DNA from: an uncultured virus (IMG/VR IMGVR_UViG_3300032233_002459)
Taxonomy: Duplodnaviria; Heunggongvirae; Uroviricota; Caudoviricetes
Strand: one strand, 5' to 3'
Length of the DNA stretch: 20,000 bases
IMG/VR virus record: IMGVR_UViG_3300032233_002459
Positions 7,947-15,097 of the stretch are shown one piece after another. Within the stretch, counting starts at the first letter, position 1. Each line of letters starts with the position of its first letter. The notes beneath the pieces were generated by a model. The model was given only the letters and a program-made list of their open reading frames with translations. It ran no database searches and was not told the origin of the DNA. Made by a program: the position numbers and the translations under genes.

Positions 7947-9599
7947 TCAAGACTCACAACTACTACAAGTTAATATGCTCCTAGCTAATTCTTGTGCTGG
8001 ATTAGAAGACCTTTGATAATAAAATGTTTTTATACCATTTTCCCAGCCATAAATTAATAACTCGCTTACCTCTTTTGCTGCACAGCTAGGAGGAATCATA
8101 AGATTTAAAGATACTGCTTGATCAATATATTTTTGTCTTTGAATATTTTGTATCACTATTTCTTTTTGGCTTATTTCTCCAAAAGTTTTAAAAATATCTT
8201 TTTCTTCTTGAGTTAAAAAATCTAAATGCTGAACACTACCTCCTCTAACCAGTATGTCTTTCCAAACATCTTCTTTATCTTGGTTTTTATCTTTTAATAA
8301 TTTTTTAAGATATGGATTTTTATATGTAAAACTTCCTTTGGCTAATTTTTTAACAAAATAATTACTATTGAGTGGCTCTATACTAGGACTAACTTGCCCC
8401 AAAATAAAACTACTAGATGTAGTTGGTGCAACAGCTAGGGTTGTTATATTTCTACGATTATATCCTTTTAAAAATTCTGGTTCTCCAAGTTTGGCGGCTA
8501 GTTCTATGGATGCCTTATCTGCTTTGGATCTAATTGTTTTCCAAATCTCAATATTTAAATGTTTTGCGGCCATTGATTCGAACGATATCAGTTTAGATTG
8601 TAATAAAGAATGCCAGCCTAATACGCCCATACCCAAAGCTCTTTGGTTTTTTGCAAAATTATGTGCCGCTTCCATAAACCTAGTATTTGATGTTTTACGA
8701 ATGAATTCCTCATTAACAGCATCTAGGAAAAACACTAGGGTTTCTACAGCATCAGTATCTTTAATTTCATCCCAATGCAATAAATTCAAAGAGGATAAAA
8801 CACACACAAAAGAATTTTGTTCATCAGAATAGAGGGTGATTTCTGAACATAAATTAGAATTTTTTATTTTTAGTCTTTTATCTTTATATGGTTGTGGAGC
8901 ACTGTTATTAATATTGTCAGTAAATACAAGATAAGGATATCCTGTTTGAAATCTTTTTTGAATAATTTTTGCCCAAACTTTTCTTTTATCTTTATCTCCA
9001 TCAACCATATCCTTCATCCATTCATCTGATATGGTTACTCCTATGCTCATATTCTGAATGTTGTGTCCTTCGGATCTAATTTGTAAAAACTCTTCAATAT
9101 CCGGATGTTCTACTGGTAGATATGCTGCGAAAGAACCTCTTCTTGCTGATCCTTGAGAAACAACTTCGGCTACTTTATCAAATAATTCCATAAAATGAAC
9201 AGGTCCACTACTTTCTCCACCAACACTAATTTTTTCTCCTCTTGCTCTTAAGTCACCAAAATATCCACTAGTTCCTCCACCAAGCTTACTCATCATTCCA
9301 ACTTCGGCCACTTTATTTAAAATGCCGTCCATGGTGTCTGGAACGTAAGAATTAAAACAAGAGACAGGCAGGCCCCTATCGTTGCCAAAATTAGTCCATA
9401 CTGGCGTTGCCAACGAATAGAAGCCACGACTCATATAGTCTTCAAATTTATCCGCAAAACCATCTATATTCAGAATGGCCTGTGCCGTTTCGGCTATTTG
9501 TCGTATTCTAGCCTCTGGAGTCATATCTTCTTTGAGGTATCCTCTTTCTAAGAAAATACGACTATGTGAATTCAGCCAATAGTATCTCTTATTAAGCAT
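7947..9599 (-). CDS. nrdA: Class I ribonucleotide reductase alpha subunit, short form without ATP-cone (NrdAi-like)
   Basis: PVSCF, GGGTSG, SARRGS, SNLCSEI (radical Cys), FVCVL, APTTSSS, DQAVSLN, FYYQR and C-terminal CSSC. Likely start is ATG 9599 (MLNKRYYWLN), about 550 aa; the track's 9665 start overlaps nrdB. Confidence 0.95.
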   Translation of the reverse strand: MLNKRYYWLNSHSRIFLERGYLKEDMTPEARIRQIAETAQAILNIDGFADKFEDYMSRGFYSLATPVWTNFGNDRGLPVSCFNSYVPDTMDGILNKVAEVGMMSKLGGGTSGYFGDLRARGEKISVGGESSGPVHFMELFDKVAEVVSQGSARRGSFAAYLPVEHPDIEEFLQIRSEGHNIQNMSIGVTISDEWMKDMVDGDKDKRKVWAKIIQKRFQTGYPYLVFTDNINNSAPQPYKDKRLKIKNSNLCSEITLYSDEQNSFVCVLSSLNLLHWDEIKDTDAVETLVFFLDAVNEEFIRKTSNTRFMEAAHNFAKNQRALGMGVLGWHSLLQSKLISFESMAAKHLNIEIWKTIRSKADKASIELAAKLGEPEFLKGYNRRNITTLAVAPTTSSSFILGQVSPSIEPLNSNYFVKKLAKGSFTYKNPYLKKLLKDKNQDKEDVWKDILVRGGSVQHLDFLTQEEKDIFKTFGEISQKEIVIQNIQRQKYIDQAVSLNLMIPPSCAAKEVSELLIYGWENGIKTFYYQRSSNPAQELARSILTCSSCES

Positions 9600-9621
9600 A
9601 TGTGTCTTATGATCCTTAATC

Positions 9622-10593
9622 TTAAAATAAATCTTCTGCGTTAAAACTTTGAGAGCATTTAGCATACTCTACTGGTCTGCTATGAAAAAAATCAGTCATA
9701 TTATTTCCCAAAACCTGTTCATCAAACCAAGAAGTTTTGGATATTATCTCCTGATTAACTTCAAAAATAGGATCATAGCCAATACTTTTTAATGATTCGT
9801 TCATTCTATTTTTAATAAATTCTTTTAATAATTCAGAACTTAACTTTTCATGAGAATATCCATTTACTATCCATTCTATAATTTGACACTCATATTTAAC
9901 AGCATCTTTTGCTTCGTGCTCTATTTTAGATTTAAGTTCTTCATCAAATAATTCTGGATATTCAGACCTTATTGTATTAATAATTTTTATACCAATCATA
10001 GCATGAAGATTTTCTTCACGACTAGTATATTCTACCTGTTTATTTGTGTCTTTTAATAAGTTTTTATATCGTCCAAAAAAACTAATAGTATAAAATTGAG
10101 AAAATAAAGCAATATTTTCTACAAATAGTGTGAATAGAATTAATGAATATATAAATTGTTTTTTATTATTCTCATGAAATTTATGTAAATGTTTTCTTAA
10201 GTAATTTACTCTGCCCTTAATTATGTCTAGTTGAAGAATATCTTCGAAAGCATCGTCAATTCCCAAAACCTCTAGAAGCCTTTCGTAAGCATCCCCGTGT
10301 ATAACTTCTACATTAGCCATAACATAGCCCATATCATTTATACTTGGGTGTGGCAAATTATCTCCTAGTTTAGCCCAAAACTTTTTAACGCTTATTTCTA
10401 ATTGGCCTATGGTAGATAATGCTCTTGTTATAATCTGTTGCTCTTGTTCTGTTAAATTAACTCTAAAATCCTGTATATCGCTACTAAAATTAAATTCTCT
10501 ATGTGTCCAAAATCCATTGTGCATAGCCTCTATAAAATCTTGAGTCCAAACATAGTGATCAGGTTTACGCCCAATTTGTTCATCAAATATCAT
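9622..10593 (-). CDS. nrdB: Class I ribonucleotide reductase beta subunit (class Id/NrdBi-like)
   Basis: Ferritin-like metal ligands E66, E96/H99, E159 and E194/H197; Y103; W29; C-terminal DFF...VEY; AGGGG Shine-Dalgarno. Confidence 0.94.
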   Translation of the reverse strand: MIFDEQIGRKPDHYVWTQDFIEAMHNGFWTHREFNFSSDIQDFRVNLTEQEQQIITRALSTIGQLEISVKKFWAKLGDNLPHPSINDMGYVMANVEVIHGDAYERLLEVLGIDDAFEDILQLDIIKGRVNYLRKHLHKFHENNKKQFIYSLILFTLFVENIALFSQFYTISFFGRYKNLLKDTNKQVEYTSREENLHAMIGIKIINTIRSEYPELFDEELKSKIEHEAKDAVKYECQIIEWIVNGYSHEKLSSELLKEFIKNRMNESLKSIGYDPIFEVNQEIISKTSWFDEQVLGNNMTDFFHSRPVEYAKCSQSFNAEDLF

Positions 10594-10649
10594 AATAATC
10601 CCCTATGTTTAGTTTATGAATAAGAAAGCTAACGCGACAACTGTATGGT

Positions 10650-11117
10650 TCATATTACACCATCAATATCTTTTATCCACGAAAGATCTGGATCTAACTT
10701 TTGTATTATCATTCCACTCATACTTACAAAAGTATCAAATCTTTTTTGAGCATCATTATCAAATAATAAAGTTCCATGATTATTAATCATATATACTGTT
10801 TTAATTCCTTCTTGCCACAAAGCAATAATACAATCATTACAACATTGTCCTGTGACATATGCTATTCCATTATCTGGCCTAATAACACAATTAGCCAATG
10901 CATTACGTTCACTATGAACCATCCAATGATATTTATCTGGACGAGTAATTGGTAGTTTATCGTCATCTAAACCTTTTGGAAAACCATTATATCCTACACC
11001 CAAAATTCTATGATTCTGGTCAGTGATTACGCATCCGTGTTGTGTATGAATATCGTGGCTGCGTTTAGATACAACCTTAGCCAGTCCTAAAAAATAATCA
11101 TTCCATGATGGTCTCAT
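10650..11117 (-). CDS. dCMP deaminase
   Basis: RPSWNDYF..LA..VSKRS.D...HGCVI...GVGYNGFPKG...KY..MVHSERNA...CCNDC..ALWQEGI; HxE and CxxC zinc motifs. Confidence 0.93.
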   Translation of the reverse strand: MRPSWNDYFLGLAKVVSKRSHDIHTQHGCVITDQNHRILGVGYNGFPKGLDDDKLPITRPDKYHWMVHSERNALANCVIRPDNGIAYVTGQCCNDCIIALWQEGIKTVYMINNHGTLLFDNDAQKRFDTFVSMSGMIIQKLDPDLSWIKDIDGVI

Positions 11118-11123
11118 GGAACT

Positions 11124-11151
11124 ATTATATCAGAGGTATCCTTTGAGTCAA
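11124..11151 (-). promoter_or_regulatory. Sigma70-type promoter TTGACT-N16-TATAAT, probably giving a leaderless mRNA
   Basis: Minus strand: TTGACT (11151-11146), 16-nt spacer, TATAAT (11129-11124), AGTTCC, then ATG at 11117; no Shine-Dalgarno. Confidence 0.72.
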
Positions 11152-11402
11152 GATGTCTTTGTTGTGAGTTTGTTGTACAAAACCAAGGATAAAACCCCAC
11201 CAGCAACGCCCATCATAAGACCAGCTGGTGAAACAGCATCATATTTACCCAATAGATAAAGCATTGCTCCACCCATATATGACCCTGCAATTCCTAGGGC
11301 AACAGTTTTGACAAAACCAAAATTTTCTTCGCCAGGAACTAGACTTTTAGCTATAGACCCAACAAATAATCCGTAAACACACCATACTAAAATATTAAAC
11401 AT
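11148..11402 (-). CDS. GlsB/YeaQ/YmgE-family (transglycosylase-associated) small membrane protein
   Basis: ILVWCVYGLFVGSIAKSLVPG...TVALGIAGSYMGG...GLMMGVAGGVLSL, three Gly-rich TM helices. Start at ATG 11402 with GGAG upstream. Confidence 0.88.
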   Translation of the reverse strand: MFNILVWCVYGLFVGSIAKSLVPGEENFGFVKTVALGIAGSYMGGAMLYLLGKYDAVSPAGLMMGVAGGVLSLVLYNKLTTKTS

Positions 11403-11793
11403 TTGCACTCTCCACTAAAGTAATAATTTCTTCTTCCGTGAGATTTTCTCCTATAGTTAATAACGCCATAACAACACTTAATCCATGTTGATTATAATCT
11501 TCTGGACTCATTTCTCTTCTGAGAACTTTTTTAATCCGCATCTTTGTAAACCAACCCTGACGATAACTATATGTTTTAATTTCTTCTCCATATAACTTAT
11601 ATTTGTCAGAAGTTGCACAATCAGCCGATAATTTATTTTTATTACATTCTTGTAAAATTCTAATACAGGTTAGTATTATACTGATCATCATTAGTATTGT
11701 GATAACAGCAAAACCATATTGGTCATCTTTATGTAATGATGTTTTATTTAAAACTTTGATTGCAATATTTTTAAGATTATCATTATTAGTCAC
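11395..11793 (-). CDS. Hypothetical membrane protein
   Basis: GTG start with AGGAG Shine-Dalgarno; hydrophobic segment FAVITILMMISIILTCI. Confidence 0.7.
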   Translation of the reverse strand: MTNNDNLKNIAIKVLNKTSLHKDDQYGFAVITILMMISIILTCIRILQECNKNKLSADCATSDKYKLYGEEIKTYSYRQGWFTKMRIKKVLRREMSPEDYNQHGLSVVMALLTIGENLTEEEIITLVESANV

Positions 11794-11800
11794 AATATTT

Positions 11801-12145
11801 TTATCTCCTAATAATTGAGCTTGGTTTACATGGGCTATTCTTGCAGTTGGGTTGTTGTGTTACTGGTGCTGTAGGATTGATAGATATAATTTCCCCAATT
11901 GAGATAGTGCCTTTATCAGCTTCACAATATGAGCACTCTATTTTTTTAATTTTATCTCCACTCATATACCAGCCGGTGCCTTTGCAAACAGGGCAATCTT
12001 TTCTTTTATATTTTTGGACAATTTCTACTGATTTAGCTTTAATAATACCGCCTGATATTGCCACAGGAGCCGTAGTAGAGCCGTAATACCCATAGGACAT
12101 AAAAATTGTGGAAGCCATCAACAAAGCCATTATTGCTTTATTCAT
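11801..12145 (-). CDS. Putative exported protein with DnaJ-like CxxCxGxG cysteine motif
   Basis: Likely start is ATG 12145 (ATGA overlap, GGAG Shine-Dalgarno). Signal-like MNKAIMALLMASTIFMS; CPVCKGTGW...CSYC. Confidence 0.7.
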   Translation of the reverse strand: MNKAIMALLMASTIFMSYGYYGSTTAPVAISGGIIKAKSVEIVQKYKRKDCPVCKGTGWYMSGDKIKKIECSYCEADKGTISIGEIISINPTAPVTQQPNCKNSPCKPSSIIRR

Positions 12146-12360
12146 TTTTTTCTCCAAGGTACAATATTGTCTATTGTATCTATAATTGTTTTAAGAGGTT
12201 TTGGTCTATGAGGCTTATTAGGTTCAGGAGATGGAGCAGGCTTTGGTTTATTTACGTCTTGTTTAGGTAAAAATTTTTCTATAATATTTACAAGTCTTTC
12301 AATAACTGAAATAATAAGATTAACTAAACCTCTGATCTCTAATCTCTCTCTAAGATTCAT
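12142..12360 (-). CDS. Small hypothetical protein with amphipathic helix and Pro-rich linker
   Basis: GAGG Shine-Dalgarno; KPKPAPSPEPNKPHRPKP linker; coupled to the next gene. Confidence 0.7.
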   Translation of the reverse strand: MNLRERLEIRGLVNLIISVIERLVNIIEKFLPKQDVNKPKPAPSPEPNKPHRPKPLKTIIDTIDNIVPWRKK

Positions 12361-12390
12361 ATATTACCTCATGATATATTATATATGTAA

Positions 12391-12403
12391 TTATAATACA
12401 CCA
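12391..12403 (-). promoter_or_regulatory. TGGTGTA motif copy (TGGTGTATTATAA)
   Basis: Intergenic; begins 43 nt before ATG 12360; these 13 nt are identical to the copy at 14733-14745. Confidence 0.62.
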
Positions 12404-12418
12404 CTAAACTATTAAAGA

Positions 12419-13345
12419 TTATAGATAGTCATCAAATCCATAATCTGGTAGTTTTTGTAGTGGAAAGCCATCGAAGTTACTAAACGCATAAGACCCATTT
12501 TGTTGTAGCATACCTTCGGCAACGGATGCTTTGATCAAAAAAGATCCGTCTGGTATTGGTCCCCATTCTGGATGACCTCCATCATTCCACTTTCCCCAGC
12601 TATTTTGTACTAAAAACGCTGGCTCGTCTCCGGTATCGTCACAGGCTATCCAGGCCATACAATGACCCCAGCTTCCAGATTGTTTAGCAAATCCTTTTTT
12701 ATCTCTTGTGCTACTAAATCCATAATTAGAACATACAGCTAAAGCATAACCATTAGCTAAAGCATCACGAGCTTCTTCTACTGTTCTAATTAATGATACA
12801 GTTTTAATTTGATGATCATTTGCTAAATCTAGTACTTTATCTGGTAATCCTCTGCCGCCCCAACCAGCACCAAGATGTCCGTTATATTTACTGAAATCAG
12901 CAACGCCAGGATAATTTTTACGCACAATAATACCGCCTATTTTACTTACAAATTCAGCAGCCCTACTGCAACTCATACCTTCTCCACTAAACCCTCTTGC
13001 TCCATATATAGCCTCGGTAGCGCCTCTAGCTACCCAACCCTCTCTTTCATTACCAACATCTATTTCTACTGCTCGACTAACATCACAAGCATTTCGTGTT
13101 CCATGGCTTACACAATCTCCAACCACCTGTCTTTCATTATAAGGATTCTTTTCAAATTTTAAAACGCTCTTGTATGGTATTGATAATTTACCTTTACCAG
13201 AGTTATTAATTTTTTTACTAGCATCACCAAATAAAGGATACTTTAAGGTATGCATCAAATGATCAAAATGATGTTCTTCCCACACGCATCCAGAGTATCC
13301 ATTACGATATTTATTGTACCAGTCTTGTGGAGTTAATCTTGGCAT
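12419..13345 (-). CDS. Papain-like (C1 family) cysteine peptidase
   Basis: Q-VVGD-C (oxyanion Gln and catalytic Cys), WGHCM (His) and LVQNSWG (Asn); no signal peptide. Confidence 0.88.
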   Translation of the reverse strand: MPRLTPQDWYNKYRNGYSGCVWEEHHFDHLMHTLKYPLFGDASKKINNSGKGKLSIPYKSVLKFEKNPYNERQVVGDCVSHGTRNACDVSRAVEIDVGNEREGWVARGATEAIYGARGFSGEGMSCSRAAEFVSKIGGIIVRKNYPGVADFSKYNGHLGAGWGGRGLPDKVLDLANDHQIKTVSLIRTVEEARDALANGYALAVCSNYGFSSTRDKKGFAKQSGSWGHCMAWIACDDTGDEPAFLVQNSWGKWNDGGHPEWGPIPDGSFLIKASVAEGMLQQNGSYAFSNFDGFPLQKLPDYGFDDYL

Positions 13346-13836
13346 TATTTACTAGCCTCATTATAAGCCCAGGCTAAAGAATTAAAACCATTTACGGCCT
13401 TTACTCTTAGTTCTGGTGATAGATTGATATTATCATCCCCAATAGCGGCTACTATAACTTCTTTTGCTTCTTTTGCTAATGAAGGATATTTTCCCTTAAT
13501 ATCCAACTTTAACATGACTCCGGCTATACTATTAGCTTGACGAATTTCTTCAGTATTTTTAATTACTAAATTTTCGCCATCTAACTCTACTAATTTCCCT
13601 AGATCAAGAGATAAATCTCTTAGTTTTTTAAAATCTGATTTAGAACCATTAGAAGACTTAAGAAGCTTAACAATATCATCAGCTTCTTTTTTAACATTAG
13701 AGTCTGATGGTTCCGTAAGTTCCATCACATCAATATTGCTTGGGCGATTTGGTAAAAAAGAACCAATATTGAATTTAGTTAATACTCCTAGTACAATTAA
13801 TATTGTTCCTATTAATAATAAAATATTTTTACTCAT
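13345..13836 (-). CDS. N-terminally membrane-anchored hypothetical protein
   Basis: MSKNILLLIGTILIVLGVL followed by a helical soluble domain; GAGG Shine-Dalgarno; coupled to both neighbours. Confidence 0.72.
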   Translation of the reverse strand: MSKNILLLIGTILIVLGVLTKFNIGSFLPNRPSNIDVMELTEPSDSNVKKEADDIVKLLKSSNGSKSDFKKLRDLSLDLGKLVELDGENLVIKNTEEIRQANSIAGVMLKLDIKGKYPSLAKEAKEVIVAAIGDDNINLSPELRVKAVNGFNSLAWAYNEASK

Positions 13837-14231
13837 ACTTTTTCCTCTAATTTACAAACATTGGGACTTAGAAATGGAAACATTTGATCAGCAACCTTTA
13901 CCGCCTCAGAACAGCCACTTTTTTCTGCTAAATCTCGTGTTTGCTTCCACGAAACAACCAGTTTAAAAAATATATCATCGTCTTTTGACACTACTATTTC
14001 TTTGGGTAGTGTTACAGGATCAATTTTTGGGATTGATACAACGGGTAATACAGAGCTATTATTTGAAGTCATATTTTTTACTTTATCAAATAATCCCAAT
14101 AGTAGTTTTTGTACTGGGCTGAGTTTATCCTTGAATAACACAAATAATACCAAGCCCACCCCTGCATATAGCGCCAAATCCATAGTTGTTAAACGACTAC
14201 TGAATTCTTGAAAACTTTCTGTAAAATTCAT
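13833..14231 (-). CDS. Membrane-anchored hypothetical protein
   Basis: LALYAGVGLVLFVLF TM segment; AAGGA Shine-Dalgarno. Confidence 0.72.
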   Translation of the reverse strand: MNFTESFQEFSSRLTTMDLALYAGVGLVLFVLFKDKLSPVQKLLLGLFDKVKNMTSNNSSVLPVVSIPKIDPVTLPKEIVVSKDDDIFFKLVVSWKQTRDLAEKSGCSEAVKVADQMFPFLSPNVCKLEEKV

Positions 14232-14244
14232 TTTATTTTTCCTT

Positions 14245-14697
14245 TTATTTGTCTGAAACTTTTGGAACCGTATCTATAGAACTATCAATTATTGAATTAG
14301 GATCAACAAAGACACCAGTACTTCTGAAGGTTGTAACCATGGCATCTATTGTTGAACTCACCAATGCCATTAAAAAAATTTTCACATACTTATGTATAAT
14401 AGGCTCTACCAAGTTTGGAACAAAGGGTATATTTATCACTAAGAAAACGCTATCATAAAATTTAGATAGCATATCCATAGCTATAACCTTTTTATCTGCT
14501 CCCGGTAAATTTGTGGCTTTATTTTCTATAACCTGAATAGTTGCAACAACAGCTAATTGTAGAATTTTCCACGCCTGATCTATAGCTACTTTTTCTACAG
14601 ACTTTAAAGACAACTTGGCTTGTTCAACCAGTTTATCTATTTCTGGCTTTATATCTTTGAGAGTGATATTCTGAGCATGTACCTCAGTATTTTGCAT
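14245..14697 (-). CDS. Hypothetical amphipathic/membrane-associated protein
   Basis: AAGGA Shine-Dalgarno; GADKK..A motif and hydrophobic stretches (VFLVINIPFVP, IFLMALVSS). Confidence 0.7.
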   Translation of the reverse strand: MQNTEVHAQNITLKDIKPEIDKLVEQAKLSLKSVEKVAIDQAWKILQLAVVATIQVIENKATNLPGADKKVIAMDMLSKFYDSVFLVINIPFVPNLVEPIIHKYVKIFLMALVSSTIDAMVTTFRSTGVFVDPNSIIDSSIDTVPKVSDK

Positions 14698-14732
14698 TAT
14701 TACTATCCTTATTATTAGAATTTAGCCTTATA

Positions 14733-14745
14733 TTATAATACACCA
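14733..14745 (-). promoter_or_regulatory. TGGTGTA motif copy (TGGTGTATTATAA)
   Basis: Intergenic; begins 48 nt before ATG 14697. Confidence 0.62.
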
Positions 14746-14755
14746 AATGCAGACA

Positions 14756-15076
14756 CTACTGTTCTATGATTGGTTTCTTTTTTGTCGTGATTTTTTTCTT
14801 TATTCTACTATTTTTACGATTAGCTTCTTTTCTTTCTGTCTCAGAAGCTGTACTCCACCAAGTTTGTTTAAGTTTTGTTCTACCATTAATATATTTAAAT
14901 AAGACCATAAGTTGTCCTATAATTAGAATTGTTGCTTCTAATCCTCTACTAGTTTCTTGGATTAAATTTTCTTTTTGACTATTATCTTCTAATAATCCAA
15001 CAAGATATAATCCACTAAAAATAAAACTTACTAAAGTAAACCAAAATTCACTTGTTCTATACCCAGGTTTTACCAT
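14756..15076 (-). CDS. Holin-like membrane protein (2 TM, highly basic C-tail)
   Basis: KPGYRTSEFW N-terminus, TM1 FWFTLVSFIFSGLYLVGLL, TM2 ATILIIGQLMVLF, C-tail RKNSRIKKKITTKKK; lies directly after the tail genes. Confidence 0.6.
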   Translation of the reverse strand: MVKPGYRTSEFWFTLVSFIFSGLYLVGLLEDNSQKENLIQETSRGLEATILIIGQLMVLFKYINGRTKLKQTWWSTASETERKEANRKNSRIKKKITTKKKPIIEQ

Positions 15077-15097
15077 ATTTATTACCTTTTTATATAG

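Noticed and set aside
9600..9665. N-terminal extensions given by the ORF track for nrdA (also for 4326..4826, 11801..12157 and recA)
   Set aside because: They overlap upstream genes; downstream ATGs with an SD or start-stop coupling are more plausible.
542..10593. Inteins or introns in dnaB, recA, nrdA and nrdB
   Set aside because: Lengths are normal or short and the motifs are contiguous; no splicing motifs or frame breaks.
13345..14231. Canonical Rz/Rz1 spanin pair
   Set aside because: Both proteins are membrane-anchored, but neither has a lipobox Cys, so they were kept only as unknown members of the candidate cassette.
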